A stretch of 64,000 nt of DNA from a virus (taxonomy: Duplodnaviria > Caudoviricetes), in the IMG/VR virus record IMGVR_UViG_3300035698_018668, positions 2,180-66,179 of that record, one strand, 5' to 3'. The translations under genes and the position numbers were made by a program. Position 1 is the stretch's first letter. Each line of letters begins with the position of its first letter. Positions 9,257 through 19,940 of this stretch are shown piece after piece. The notes beneath the pieces are model-generated. The model was not told the origin of the DNA. It did no database searches and saw nothing but the letters and a program-made list of their open reading frames with translations.

Positions 9257-9590
9257 ACTTGCTAAGTTACACAGCTATTGGGTGCCTGATATTGAGCGAT
9301 GTGGATTTGTTTTAACAACGGGCGAAATCCTTGAGGCCGAGAATATCCACAATAACCCAGCCGAGGAATTTGAAATATGTCCTTCCGAATTTGAGAGTTA
9401 TACGGATAGAGTTGCAGCGGTTTGGCACTCGCACCCAATTACAAATGCCAACTTGAGCCTTGCAGACTACGACACCTTTGATAACTTTAGGAACCTAACG
9501 CATATTATTGTCGGCCAGCATGAGGTTATCAGTTACAAATTTAAAAATTCTGTATTACTAATAGACGAGGTTTACCGTGGTAACAATTAA
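9246..9590 (+). CDS. JAB/MPN-domain tail protein (lambda K N-terminal-like)
   Basis: ERCGF..WHSHP..LSLAD JAMM motif. Confidence 0.85.
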   Translation: MKIKLAKLHSYWVPDIERCGFVLTTGEILEAENIHNNPAEEFEICPSEFESYTDRVAAVWHSHPITNANLSLADYDTFDNFRNLTHIIVGQHEVISYKFKNSVLLIDEVYRGNN

Positions 9591-10308
9591 TCTAACCGGT
9601 TTCGATAATAGCATTCCCAAGACCATTAAACTTGAGGCCAGAACTTACAAAGAGGCCCTTGAAGGGCTTAAGTTATTCGATTTCTTCAATCCTATAAAGC
9701 AGACAAAGCGATTTATTTGTGAGGTATCCGAGTGCAACGAGGCACAAAAGTTTACTTCAGATATTAAGAATGGCGTAATGACTTTGGTATGTAACGAAAC
9801 CGTAAAACAAAAGCAACTTAGGGGGGCGGGGAATAGAAACGTACGTTTTGTAATTGGCGTCATCCTGATTGTTACTGCGGTTATATTAACTTCGGGTATG
9901 GCCCTTGCGGAGATACCCTGGTATATGACTGTGATGTTCAATGTGGGTGTCAGTTTGGTTCTTGGCGCTATTATTGAGCTGATAACAGAACCCGGTTCTG
10001 GAGATGCTAACAAGCGGCAAAGTCGCTCGGCTAGAACATACCCAAACACAGTGGAATCGGGAACCCCGATAGCCTTGATATTTGGTACCCACCGTTTCGG
10101 GGGGCATATCTTTAGCGTCAATATTGAGTCCGCCAACGGTTCGGATGTCTATTTCAGTAAGTTTGCCGAAAATCTTTGGGTCAATATAGACCCCAACCGC
10201 CGGGACTCTTGGGATATGGTCTATAGAAATGCTGACACAAAGGAAACAGGCCTTCAAGAATGGGAGGGTTATTTAAGGACCCAAATCGGGGGGTACCAGA
10301 TACCTTAA
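9577..10308 (+). CDS. tail assembly protein (lambda I-like)
   Basis: Ubiquitin-like N-terminus ending in RGAG, a hydrophobic segment, and NTVESGTPIALIFG. Confidence 0.8.
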   Translation: MVTINLTGFDNSIPKTIKLEARTYKEALEGLKLFDFFNPIKQTKRFICEVSECNEAQKFTSDIKNGVMTLVCNETVKQKQLRGAGNRNVRFVIGVILIVTAVILTSGMALAEIPWYMTVMFNVGVSLVLGAIIELITEPGSGDANKRQSRSARTYPNTVESGTPIALIFGTHRFGGHIFSVNIESANGSDVYFSKFAENLWVNIDPNRRDSWDMVYRNADTKETGLQEWEGYLRTQIGGYQIP

Positions 10309-10374
10309 AAAGAAACTGAGTGATATAGTACAGGCCTACAATTTAAATATGACGATGATTAACTAGGAGCACCC

Positions 10375-13300
10375 ATGAAATATAAGGGTAGTGGCGGCGG
10401 AGGACCGTCTGATAAGTCAGACACTTTATTTTCTACGGATGCTTTTGAAATCCTTTTAGGTATTGCTGAAGGACCTATATTTGGTATAGCTGGGGACACC
10501 CCAGAAGAAAAGCTGCAGAATATTTTTATTAATGATACGCCTATCTTTGATACGAATAATGTCGATAATTTCGATGAAAGCCAATTACTCATCCGTTTTG
10601 AAAAAGGGTTAGAAGTTACTGCTGCGGAAGACCCTGAGTTTGGGCAAACTCCAATTCGGTATATTTTTGATGGTGCAACGGTTAACCAATCAGTTGGCTC
10701 GCAATTACTTTTTGAGGTCCCGATTTCAAAAACGACCCCGCTAATTACTGGCGGGTTTGACCGTATTCAAGTTAGAATTTTGGTGTCCTCCCTTGTCAGA
10801 TACACCGATGATGGCGCTAGAACTCATGAAGTGGATTTTGACATAAAATGCACAAAGGTTGGAGCTACAACTTGGACCCTCGAAAGTCACAATATTTCAG
10901 GGAAAACTACAGGTAGTGGATTTACTCGGGAGTACACGATAATCGTACCCCGAACTGTGGGGACTGAAGCCTACGAAATTGAAGTAGTAAAGCGCACCAA
11001 CGATGAAGATGATGATAAGAGGGACTCCCAAATATATTGGCAGTCTTACGACCTAATCAGCTCGAAAGGGGACGCCTATTCAAACGATGAAACCCCCTAT
11101 AGTGACCCGAGTTTAGAGTATCATCCGGGAACCTCGATGCTGCATTTTTCAGGGGTTCTAGGGCAGCAATTAAATTCTGTCCCGACAATCAATGCGAACT
11201 ACCGAGGGCTAATGTGCTCGGTACCCTCAAACTACACTCCGGAAACTAAAACCTATGATGAAACATCCGCATGGGACGGCACCTTTAGCGCTGAGAAATA
11301 CCCCACGGATAATCCAGTTTGGTTGGCTCATGAGCTAATCACAAACCTGCGTTTCGGCGCAGTTAGGTATAACCCAAAAATAAAGGTCAACCGCTACTCT
11401 TGGTATGAAAAAGCAAAGTATGCCGATGGCTATAATGCGATTACTGGGGTTAAAGATTTAAACGACCCAATCTCAGGGGCTCAGCAAGTTGCGCGGTACA
11501 CCTTCAACGCCGTATTGACCGACCCAAGCAACGGCATTAAATTCGTTAATCAGATACTGGCAACGGCCTATTTCCTCGCCGTAGAAGATGAGCTTGGTGA
11601 AATCAAGCTTTATGCCGACATGCCTTCTTTGCCTGTAGAGACCCTCACCCCTGAAATGTGCGTTCAAGTGACAGGACAGAGTGAGTTTTTATATTCTTAC
11701 TCGCCTCTTAAAGAGCGCAGCAATGAAGTCAAAGCCAGTTACATCGACAAGGACAATGAGTACGTAACGCAGTATTTGGGGGCTATAAGAGATGAGGATG
11801 CTATTGCCAAGTACGGGCTAAACTCAACGGAGTTCACTGCGCTAGGAACCACCACTTCGTGGGAATGCTATCGCAAGATGTATTTGATGCTGTCCTCAAT
11901 GCTGTCCGAAGTTGAAATCGTTACTTTTACGTTGCCCCTTGCAGGAATTCAATTCAGCATATTTGAAGTGGTTAATATTATTGACCCCGTGATGGGGTAT
12001 GGCCTTTCAGGTCGAATTATTTCCCTTAATTATGCCTCTCGAAAGATAAGTGTCCGGGACCCATTATTCATTGATGAAACTGGGATTTACACCGTAAAAA
12101 TTCAGGGCCTAACGCAAACCCACGAATACACAACCTTTATATCTCTGGACAAAGAAGGAATCCCGCTATTTGAATTTACGTTGAACGCGGACCTCCCTCC
12201 TCAAGTTGAGCTTGCAGAGTACCCAGTGGTGCGTATCGAGAACCCAATAAATTCAACGAAGACTGTTGGCCTTCCTAAGCCTTATCGCATCACGAACATT
12301 GAAGAGAGCGATGATAAGGGCATCGACATGTATGTTATTAGTGCTGTTGAGGTTAATCCTAACAAGCACACTGACGCGGATTTACTGACCCAGAGTGTCA
12401 CGCCCCAATATAATTTCTTCAGGTCTAAGCCACTTAAGAAGGTCCAGAACCTACAAGTTGTTGACCAGAGCACGGTGCGAACGCTAAAAGGGGCGAATAA
12501 CAGCCTCTGGATAAGTTGGGATGAGCAAGAAGACCGCCCACTTGGAACGCTTTATAATATTGAGGTGATAACCGATAGTATATCTGGGGCGAACCAGACC
12601 TACATCACGTCTGAGAACTTTGCAGAAATTAAAGGTTTGGACTTTGGTAATATTATTATCCAAGTGACCGCTGAAGCTAATTCTGTCTCAGGGCCTTCAG
12701 CATTCGTTAAGTGGGAAATTGTGAGGGTTAACGCTGGGGACTTAACATTATCTTCAGCTGTTCCGGTGATAAATGCCGCCCTAAATGGGTTTGTATTGAA
12801 CGCGGACTTAGAGCTCCCCTATGCGTTTAGCAATAACCCAAATGAGGTAATCGACCTGCTTAAAGTCGGGTATATCGATCGCGTTTTCTGCCAGCTCTTT
12901 GACATCTCAGGAACGGGGAATGTTTACCTTGGTGAGTTCTTTTCTAAGAACGGAGAGTTTAATCTCACGGCCAGCCAAATAAGACAGGTACTGAAGAATC
13001 CGGAGGTACTCCCCGATGAGCTGCAGCTGCGCTTTCATTTTGAGGACTCGGTTAGAGACCGCTATCCAGGTACTTCAAATTTGGATTTTACTTATGTGAT
13101 CCAAACGGTAGGGACTATAACCGGCGTGGTACTCTCCGCTTTAGACAGTGATTATTCTGAGTACCAAGCGGATTGGGATAGTACGCACTTTGGCTACGAT
13201 GTGACATTATTTGAGAATGATGGGAAGACTGTTGTTTTCAAAACTACCGTGTTTACTAACAGCCTCAATCTACCGACCTTAGATCCAAGCAAGAATTATA

Positions 13301-16300
13301 AATTTGTTATTCAAGGGTTCTCAGAAGCTTACGTTTATAGTGTGGCACAAACCACGCAGCTAAACGCACCTACGGAAGTAACCCCGTTAGCCTCGCCGGA
13401 TATTAAAGTACTCGCGGGAAGCATTGTATTAACGCCCCCAAGCATTGTAAAAAGCAATCGGGTTTATCAATTCAAGTACAACACCGTAAATAATATTAAT
13501 ACGGCCCTAGATGGTGTCAGTGGCAACGCCTTAACGATTAACAACGTGATAGGCGGGCAAACTTACTACTTCTGGTATAGAAGCTCGTCTGAGGCCGGTG
13601 TGGGCTCTTGGAGAACTACTTCTGCAGTTGGGCAAGAGCAAACGCTTTATGATTGGAAGGTGTGGGCTAATGATGCAGCGGGGGCTGGAATTTCTGTGGT
13701 TGAGGGGGATAGGCCTTATGTGGGTATCAGCTCAGGCCATACAACATCCACGCCAGTAATTACCGACCCAAGCATTTACACCTTCATCTTAAAGAAGGGT
13801 GAGAAGGGTGATGAGGGGATACTCCCAGCCCCAACTGGGAATCCAGGGCTTTTTGCAAACGACACGCACCTCGGTTATCACGATGGAACTAATTGGGCAA
13901 CTTACTTTGATAGCGCAGGTAGGCTTTATCTAAACGGGTCCAGTGACTTAACCAGTTTCTTCTACTTTGACGGCGGGGATATGCGCCTGACAGGGTTTGG
14001 AGATTTCGATGGTGGTCTTCGAGCTGACTTAGACGGGGCTTATATTGGTGTGGGTCGTGAACCTGCTGCGGACTATAGCGGGGGTTTTGCTACTTCCGCA
14101 ACTTTTGCGGAAGCGATAATGGGCTTTGGTTTGCAGTATATTAAAGCCACAGTCCAAGGCATCTTCATGGAGGGGGATGTGTATGTAAACAACACATTGC
14201 TTACCGATATTGTGGCTAGTGGCGCGAATAACAGCACTATTTCTATCAGTGCCGGAGACTGTTTGACTACAGGCGGGAGCTTCACGCTCAATCAAAGCTC
14301 TAATAAAACAATTACCATCGACCATGGTTCTCTGGCGGCTTCAATAGACTATGGCGTAAAAAACAGTCTAGCCGTAATCAACTTCATATCTCAAGACAGT
14401 TTTGGACATCTAAAGTCAGCCGAAACGATAGACCTAGCTGCAGAGTTTGCTAAGTATATTCCGAAAACTTCGATTAACACTTCAGCCACCTCTACGAGCA
14501 GTACTACGGTTGCTGCTTCTAGCGCTCTTAGGAGCGTGTATTTGACCGCTAATGATGCCTTACCTAAAAGTGGTGGTTCCTTAACGGGTAACCTCAGTAT
14601 GGGGTCTAATAATGTTATATTTACTAGCACGTATGGACTTCAGTCTACTGGACCGTGGTTGAAGCTAAGTACTGCTCATGGATATATCGAATTTGGGCCA
14701 GCTAATGCTACTTATGCTCATATTTATACTGACCGACCTAATTTTTATTTTAATAAAGAATTACAAGTATTAGGTAAAGAAGTATACCACGCAGGGAATA
14801 TCCCAACGTGGGACCAAGACACTACGGGTACGGCTGCTAATGCGAACCAACTAGCAGGTAATCAAGCAAGTTACTACAATCATCGTAATTATAATGATGT
14901 AACCAACTACTTAGGTGGTTATTATGTATCCGGGGGCTCTGAGAAACCTAACGGCTCTTTATTTGGTTCTGGTAGATTAAAGCTTGCAATGCTTGCAGGT
15001 TCAAACTTAGGAGTCGTCGGTACGTGGCATGATGTTCTATGGTTAAGTGGTTACTCTGGCGGGGATGTTAAGACCTCTACAGCATTAAGCTTTAGTAAAA
15101 ACACATCAGGCGTTCCAGTTGTTAACATCTTACAGCAAGCATTTGATGCTCCGGCTTGGGGTACTCCTTATGAGATATATCATACAGGTAACATTCCAAC
15201 GTGGGATCAGAGTACAACGGGTAATGCAGCAACGGCAACAAATTTAGCGAATATACCTACGAGTTTTAACGGTACGTATCCTATGGTCGTTAATGCCAGC
15301 GGTACGCTATATAGTGATGCCGGAGTTACTTTTAGAGGTTCCGACAACACGCTAACTTGTACTAACTTTGCGGGCAACGCGTCAACAGTGACTGATGGTG
15401 TTTATCTCAACGCTAACAACGTCCTGAATGGTAACAATGAGTTTAGTAGCACTGACACAAGTGGTAATTATGGTACTGCGGGTATAGAACTACGTGAAGT
15501 TGGGCGTGTTGGCAATGCCCAAAGTGTTCCTGCTTACGCACCGGCATTATCCTTTCACTGGGGACAGCGAGTACAGGGTCGTTTAGCATTACACTCCGAT
15601 AGTAGGTTTCATTTTACAGATGGAGGAACACACACTACTTATAAAGATGTTCAAGCAAGGACTTTTTATGGTGCTTTAAATGGTAATGCCACAACAGCCT
15701 CAACAGCTTCTAAGGTCACATTTAATGCAGCAGACACTTCTAATAATAACTGGAAGGTTCTTTGGGGTAACAGCTCAGACTACGTCTATCAAACTGCGGG
15801 GTTCACATTTAACCCTTCTAAAGGTGAGTTACAAGTTGGAGGGGATATTGTCTGTGGTACAGACGTTAGAGTGCAAGGTACAGGTTCAAATACTGCTCCT
15901 GCTACTGATGACTTGATGTTAAGCGGGTATGGTCTTATGGGCAACCGTGGAAATATTTACATCACGAATAGCTCAGGGGATGTGTCAATTGGTTCAGGGA
16001 ATGTACATGGTTCATCTACAAAGTTAATTATTAGTAACAACTCTGTCAACATATATAATAGTAACTTACTGATAGGTGGAACTGAGGTAATTGCGGCTAA
16101 TAGGGCAGCTACGTTTCCTTCCGTACAACTAGGCTCTATAGTTTTAAGCGAGAGTACTGATAGCAGTGGATTACTTAGGATATCTGATGCTACTACAACT
16201 TGGTCAGGGATACAGATAGGAAATAACACTGAAGATTTGTGGTCATTTATGGCTGACGGTGATACCGCTGGTATATACAACGACTCAACTAATGAATGGC

Positions 16301-16716
16301 ACATCCTGTTTGCCGACAATGGGGCTACTCAACTACACCACAATGCGGTTTCTAGGTTGCAAACCACTTCGTCTGGGGTAAACGTGACGGGCATTGTAAC
16401 TGCAAGTGGAACAATAACGGGCTCTGACGCAATAGCTACTTCTGATAGAAGGCTGAAAGAAAATTTAGTTAAAATAGAAGACCCAATTGGTAAGCTGAAT
16501 GCTATTAATGGGTATACGTTTAACTGGATTAGTAACCCTGACGAACGGGTTGCTCACACGATAGCTCAAGAGGTTGAAGCTGTATACCCTGAAGCTGTAA
16601 AGACTAATGAAGAGGGTACTAAGCACGTATCCTTATCAGCAGAAATAGCCTTACTAATTGAAGTGTGTAAAGCACAGCAAAAAGAAATTGACGAACTGAA
16701 AAGGAAAGTTAGTTAA
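10375..16716 (+). CDS. tip attachment protein J fused to a tail fibre with C-terminal intramolecular chaperone (peptidase S74-like)
   Basis: N-terminal J motifs (AEGPIFG, WDGTF, TDNPVW, RYTFN), FN3-like segments, fibre repeats (YHxGNIPTWDQxTTG) and C-terminal SDRRLKENL..GYTFNW..IAQEVE. Confidence 0.88.
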   Translation: MKYKGSGGGGPSDKSDTLFSTDAFEILLGIAEGPIFGIAGDTPEEKLQNIFINDTPIFDTNNVDNFDESQLLIRFEKGLEVTAAEDPEFGQTPIRYIFDGATVNQSVGSQLLFEVPISKTTPLITGGFDRIQVRILVSSLVRYTDDGARTHEVDFDIKCTKVGATTWTLESHNISGKTTGSGFTREYTIIVPRTVGTEAYEIEVVKRTNDEDDDKRDSQIYWQSYDLISSKGDAYSNDETPYSDPSLEYHPGTSMLHFSGVLGQQLNSVPTINANYRGLMCSVPSNYTPETKTYDETSAWDGTFSAEKYPTDNPVWLAHELITNLRFGAVRYNPKIKVNRYSWYEKAKYADGYNAITGVKDLNDPISGAQQVARYTFNAVLTDPSNGIKFVNQILATAYFLAVEDELGEIKLYADMPSLPVETLTPEMCVQVTGQSEFLYSYSPLKERSNEVKASYIDKDNEYVTQYLGAIRDEDAIAKYGLNSTEFTALGTTTSWECYRKMYLMLSSMLSEVEIVTFTLPLAGIQFSIFEVVNIIDPVMGYGLSGRIISLNYASRKISVRDPLFIDETGIYTVKIQGLTQTHEYTTFISLDKEGIPLFEFTLNADLPPQVELAEYPVVRIENPINSTKTVGLPKPYRITNIEESDDKGIDMYVISAVEVNPNKHTDADLLTQSVTPQYNFFRSKPLKKVQNLQVVDQSTVRTLKGANNSLWISWDEQEDRPLGTLYNIEVITDSISGANQTYITSENFAEIKGLDFGNIIIQVTAEANSVSGPSAFVKWEIVRVNAGDLTLSSAVPVINAALNGFVLNADLELPYAFSNNPNEVIDLLKVGYIDRVFCQLFDISGTGNVYLGEFFSKNGEFNLTASQIRQVLKNPEVLPDELQLRFHFEDSVRDRYPGTSNLDFTYVIQTVGTITGVVLSALDSDYSEYQADWDSTHFGYDVTLFENDGKTVVFKTTVFTNSLNLPTLDPSKNYKFVIQGFSEAYVYSVAQTTQLNAPTEVTPLASPDIKVLAGSIVLTPPSIVKSNRVYQFKYNTVNNINTALDGVSGNALTINNVIGGQTYYFWYRSSSEAGVGSWRTTSAVGQEQTLYDWKVWANDAAGAGISVVEGDRPYVGISSGHTTSTPVITDPSIYTFILKKGEKGDEGILPAPTGNPGLFANDTHLGYHDGTNWATYFDSAGRLYLNGSSDLTSFFYFDGGDMRLTGFGDFDGGLRADLDGAYIGVGREPAADYSGGFATSATFAEAIMGFGLQYIKATVQGIFMEGDVYVNNTLLTDIVASGANNSTISISAGDCLTTGGSFTLNQSSNKTITIDHGSLAASIDYGVKNSLAVINFISQDSFGHLKSAETIDLAAEFAKYIPKTSINTSATSTSSTTVAASSALRSVYLTANDALPKSGGSLTGNLSMGSNNVIFTSTYGLQSTGPWLKLSTAHGYIEFGPANATYAHIYTDRPNFYFNKELQVLGKEVYHAGNIPTWDQDTTGTAANANQLAGNQASYYNHRNYNDVTNYLGGYYVSGGSEKPNGSLFGSGRLKLAMLAGSNLGVVGTWHDVLWLSGYSGGDVKTSTALSFSKNTSGVPVVNILQQAFDAPAWGTPYEIYHTGNIPTWDQSTTGNAATATNLANIPTSFNGTYPMVVNASGTLYSDAGVTFRGSDNTLTCTNFAGNASTVTDGVYLNANNVLNGNNEFSSTDTSGNYGTAGIELREVGRVGNAQSVPAYAPALSFHWGQRVQGRLALHSDSRFHFTDGGTHTTYKDVQARTFYGALNGNATTASTASKVTFNAADTSNNNWKVLWGNSSDYVYQTAGFTFNPSKGELQVGGDIVCGTDVRVQGTGSNTAPATDDLMLSGYGLMGNRGNIYITNSSGDVSIGSGNVHGSSTKLIISNNSVNIYNSNLLIGGTEVIAANRAATFPSVQLGSIVLSESTDSSGLLRISDATTTWSGIQIGNNTEDLWSFMADGDTAGIYNDSTNEWHILFADNGATQLHHNAVSRLQTTSSGVNVTGIVTASGTITGSDAIATSDRRLKENLVKIEDPIGKLNAINGYTFNWISNPDERVAHTIAQEVEAVYPEAVKTNEEGTKHVSLSAEIALLIEVCKAQQKEIDELKRKVS

Positions 16717-17933
16717 TGGCTATATTTACAGTAAATGTGTTTTATGAGTTTGGAGAAGGCGGTGGAATTTCAGCTACCACCACCGACAATCTCAGCGCAA
16801 TGGCGCGTGGAGATTACCTGCACATGTATGGTGATTTTTCTGGACCCGGAACGAATAACATTTACGCTAGGGGATTTCAGTCGGGTGTTTGGACCAATAC
16901 AGCCGATGTATTATTAAACTCAGGACAGACTACAATAAAGCGAATCAGCCTATCTGCTGCTGACGGTGCGAATGACATTGTATTGTTTACCCGAACTAAC
17001 ACTACGGGCGATAGCGTAGCTATTACTGTTAGTGTTGCGGATGTTACGCCAGATACCTTTAATTGGAATAACGTATCTAATGTAGAGCCAAATACCGCGA
17101 TTAATTTAGGGTCCCAACGGCTGTTAGGATTTAACCGCCCCTTGGGTGTTTCCGTAACTAACGGGTATCACTTAATTTACAGGGGCTCTCGTATAATTTA
17201 TGGCGGCTCTGTAGAAAATAATGACCTCTTAGAAATAAGAACCTCTGAATTTACTGACTATGGGCAATCAAAAACAGTGACGGTTTCTGTTGGCTCGGTA
17301 CCGAGTAAAAATATAAGTGTTGCTGCGAGAACAGGTCCATTAATAGATCAACTAATTCCTTTAGGTATCACATCGGGCACCATAGCTTTAAAAGCAAGTT
17401 TGTTTAATTTCTTTGGTGGGGTAAGCCCGTCAAATGTCAAACTAACTGACTACTACAAAGGGGGTAATTATGTACCCACGATTTCTCAAAATTCAGCAGT
17501 GCCCACTTCCGGTCAAATTAAGTTAACTGACTTTTATGGCTCACACACAGCTTATTATTTTATCATTCCTCCTGTGGGTAAATCAGTTGAGGCCAATACA
17601 ATTAGTGCGGCTCGCACTCTTACTCTAGTTTGGGATAAAGGGTTTAGTGATTGGGAAATAGGTTTTGGGGCAGGGTTGGAAGCAACCGCGCAATACACGT
17701 TACAAGTGTCGGTGGATAACAACGGAGCAGGTACGACAAGTCCGACCATAACCGGAGCTAGTGGCACATTCAGCACTGCTAACACTCGAATAACAATATC
17801 TCAAACTATGGCGCAAAGTACCGAAAGACTAATTTCAGGCACGTTAACAATCGGGGCTAGAAATGTTATTGATGGTACCACACAGTCTATATCCAGAACG
17901 GTAGATTGGTCGCTCATATTTTATGGACCTTAA
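16716..17933 (+). CDS. tail fibre-associated / receptor-binding adhesin
   Basis: Translationally coupled to J. Carries KLTDYYKGG..VPTSGQIKLTDFYG, a motif I associate with fibre-tip adhesins. Confidence 0.55.
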   Translation: MAIFTVNVFYEFGEGGGISATTTDNLSAMARGDYLHMYGDFSGPGTNNIYARGFQSGVWTNTADVLLNSGQTTIKRISLSAADGANDIVLFTRTNTTGDSVAITVSVADVTPDTFNWNNVSNVEPNTAINLGSQRLLGFNRPLGVSVTNGYHLIYRGSRIIYGGSVENNDLLEIRTSEFTDYGQSKTVTVSVGSVPSKNISVAARTGPLIDQLIPLGITSGTIALKASLFNFFGGVSPSNVKLTDYYKGGNYVPTISQNSAVPTSGQIKLTDFYGSHTAYYFIIPPVGKSVEANTISAARTLTLVWDKGFSDWEIGFGAGLEATAQYTLQVSVDNNGAGTTSPTITGASGTFSTANTRITISQTMAQSTERLISGTLTIGARNVIDGTTQSISRTVDWSLIFYGP

Positions 17934-17946
17934 GAGGATTACTTAA

Positions 17947-18297
17947 ATGGTAACAGCAACTTTTACAGACCCTCAAGGGCAGACGTGGACAAATGCGGTT
18001 ATTAAGGCTGTTAACTTTTCGTTAGTCAGTAATGTACTCAAAGAAAGAACGCATGGCACGAGTGAGGTTTTTAGTTATACCGATGAACTGGATTCTTATT
18101 ATGACATCCACACTCAATTTGCTTATTGGGCAAACCAAGCATCTTTAGATGCCAACAACCCCCCTTACATTTTAAGTAGGGAAAGTGCTTCACCTCCTTC
18201 GAACTGGTTTTGGTTTAGTAGTGAAGGTGTCGCGCCAATTGATTTAGATGCTATAGAACTAGCGTGTGAATCTTATTTAGTCACCCATATTTTATAA
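17947..18297 (+). CDS. hypothetical protein, paralog of next gene (possible fibre assembly factor)
   Basis: GAGGA RBS. Shares TDPQGQxW, YW, PYIL and AC..YL with 18315..18665. Confidence 0.6.
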   Translation: MVTATFTDPQGQTWTNAVIKAVNFSLVSNVLKERTHGTSEVFSYTDELDSYYDIHTQFAYWANQASLDANNPPYILSRESASPPSNWFWFSSEGVAPIDLDAIELACESYLVTHIL

Positions 18298-18314
18298 ACC
18301 ACTGAGGATACACC

Positions 18315-18665
18315 ATGGATTTTTTAACAACCCACACGAATTACACGGACCCCCAAGGTCAGCTTTGGGCCGCGCCCGTATTCGGCATTTCGTATGCTAC
18401 TGAAAACACTAATCAGAATGCGGGGGTAGCCTTAGACTTTGAAGATATGTTAACCCTAACGGAAACCATAAGTAAAAATAGAAATGTTAACGTACGTTTC
18501 TTTTACTGGCCGAGCCAAGAAACCAAGGATACCGGGTATGCCCCCTACATTCTTGCGAATGTCTTAACTATGAGCTTCGACTTTAACGCTTCAGGTGTTG
18601 AGTACGAAAATCTTACCCTAAAAGAAGCTTGTTTTTATTACTTACAAAACACTATTTTAGCTTAA
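18315..18665 (+). CDS. hypothetical protein, paralog of previous gene
   Basis: GAGGA RBS and the same shared motifs. Confidence 0.6.
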   Translation: MDFLTTHTNYTDPQGQLWAAPVFGISYATENTNQNAGVALDFEDMLTLTETISKNRNVNVRFFYWPSQETKDTGYAPYILANVLTMSFDFNASGVEYENLTLKEACFYYLQNTILA

Positions 18666-18688
18666 GTTATAGTCTCCGTGCTGTATTG

Positions 18689-18716
18689 AAGATAGCCCAA
18701 ACTTGGGCTATCTTTA
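18689..18716 (+). terminator. hairpin / probable terminator
   Basis: AAGATAGCCCAA..TTGGGCTATCTT inverted repeat after the fibre module. Confidence 0.5.
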
Positions 18717-18739
18717 AGGTCCTAAAATTTGGATTGACG

Positions 18740-19279
18740 ATGATTAACGGAGCCCCTATGGCACATGTAATAGTTGAAGGCTTACCCCTAGACCCTTTTC
18801 GGGTTGGGTTCCCCAACCCCTATAAAAAACCAGTCCGGTCAGATGTCTCTTTTGACCCCGTTAGAGTCCTACTAGCTGGGCTTTTTCTACTTAGCTGCTT
18901 CTTGTGGTGGGCGGTATTAGTCGCAGCCATGTCGGTTATTCAACTCCCGATTAGTATTCTTGCTATCTATCTGACCGAATCGGTTTTGTTTATTGGCGCG
19001 GATGGTCGACCACGTAAATTATTTTGGAAAAAATATAGATATAATCTGTGGATTACCCAAGACCAGGCCGTCAATGCTATTCACGGCGGCAACATCGATA
19101 TCCACCTCTCGAGTCGTATGGGCTATAACTCAAACATGAAACAATCCAAAACTTTCTGGTATATGGAACGATTCGTAAATTGGTTCTTCCTGGTTATCTT
19201 TAAACAAGACGACCACTGTTGGAGTGCCATTGAATTTGATGAAGTGCATGTTACTGATTTCGGGGGATCTAATGACTGA
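18740..19279 (+). CDS. membrane protein of unknown function
   Basis: Hydrophobic segment plus DQAVNAIHGG..LSSRMG. Start at the motif ATG (18740) or the nearby downstream ATG. Confidence 0.6.
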   Translation: MINGAPMAHVIVEGLPLDPFRVGFPNPYKKPVRSDVSFDPVRVLLAGLFLLSCFLWWAVLVAAMSVIQLPISILAIYLTESVLFIGADGRPRKLFWKKYRYNLWITQDQAVNAIHGGNIDIHLSSRMGYNSNMKQSKTFWYMERFVNWFFLVIFKQDDHCWSAIEFDEVHVTDFGGSND

Positions 19280-19934
19280 AAAATATACTACCGTTCGAAG
19301 AGCTTTTTTAATACGCCTAGGGCATATCCTTAAAGGTATTTTCGTCCTCATCTACCCAACGTTCATTGCCACTCGGGATAACTTGGCCGAGTTGCCTTTT
19401 GGCTACGACCTTATCCATGGGAATAAAGAAGATGGATGGAATGGCAATATCGTAACGCGCCGCTTTTGGGACGGTCAAGGTTGGTGGCCATCCTATTTGG
19501 GGGTTGTATGGGATGAACTAAGCTTTATGAAGAAGTGGCGGTTAGGGTACCAGTGGTGTGCTATCCGAAACCCAGCTTGGAACGTTCGCTATCTTCCTTC
19601 GGCAAGCACAAGCGTCGACACAATTGATGTTCTTCGATATTTACTTAGCGGCAATTGTGACCGCGTGGATAAAGAAAGCCAGGATAATTTATTTTATGAC
19701 TTTGAGTTCTTAAATTCTGACGGTGTTCATTATGGTTACTACCGTCACACCCGAATCTATTCACTCCCTGAGGTACGGATAGGCTCTTATATCTTAATCA
19801 AAGGGGGCGCTAGGTACCTTCACAGACGTTGGGGTTTGAAAGTATACCCCCAATATTTTGGGGGAAAGGTTCCCCTTTACAAGCAACGTTCTGTCCCTAT
19901 TTATCAGTTTGAAATTCTCATATTAAAAGGTTAA
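19272..19934 (+). CDS. hypothetical Trp-rich phage protein
   Basis: ATG overlaps the previous gene end. Contains WCAIRNPAWN. Confidence 0.55.
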   Translation: MTEKYTTVRRAFLIRLGHILKGIFVLIYPTFIATRDNLAELPFGYDLIHGNKEDGWNGNIVTRRFWDGQGWWPSYLGVVWDELSFMKKWRLGYQWCAIRNPAWNVRYLPSASTSVDTIDVLRYLLSGNCDRVDKESQDNLFYDFEFLNSDGVHYGYYRHTRIYSLPEVRIGSYILIKGGARYLHRRWGLKVYPQYFGGKVPLYKQRSVPIYQFEILILKG

Positions 19935-19940
19935 CCAGTT

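Noticed and set aside
14700-15260. Fibre repeats as the target of a diversity-generating retroelement or invertase shufflon
   Set aside because: No reverse transcriptase or invertase is present in the window, and I saw no long TR/VR pair or inverted cassette.
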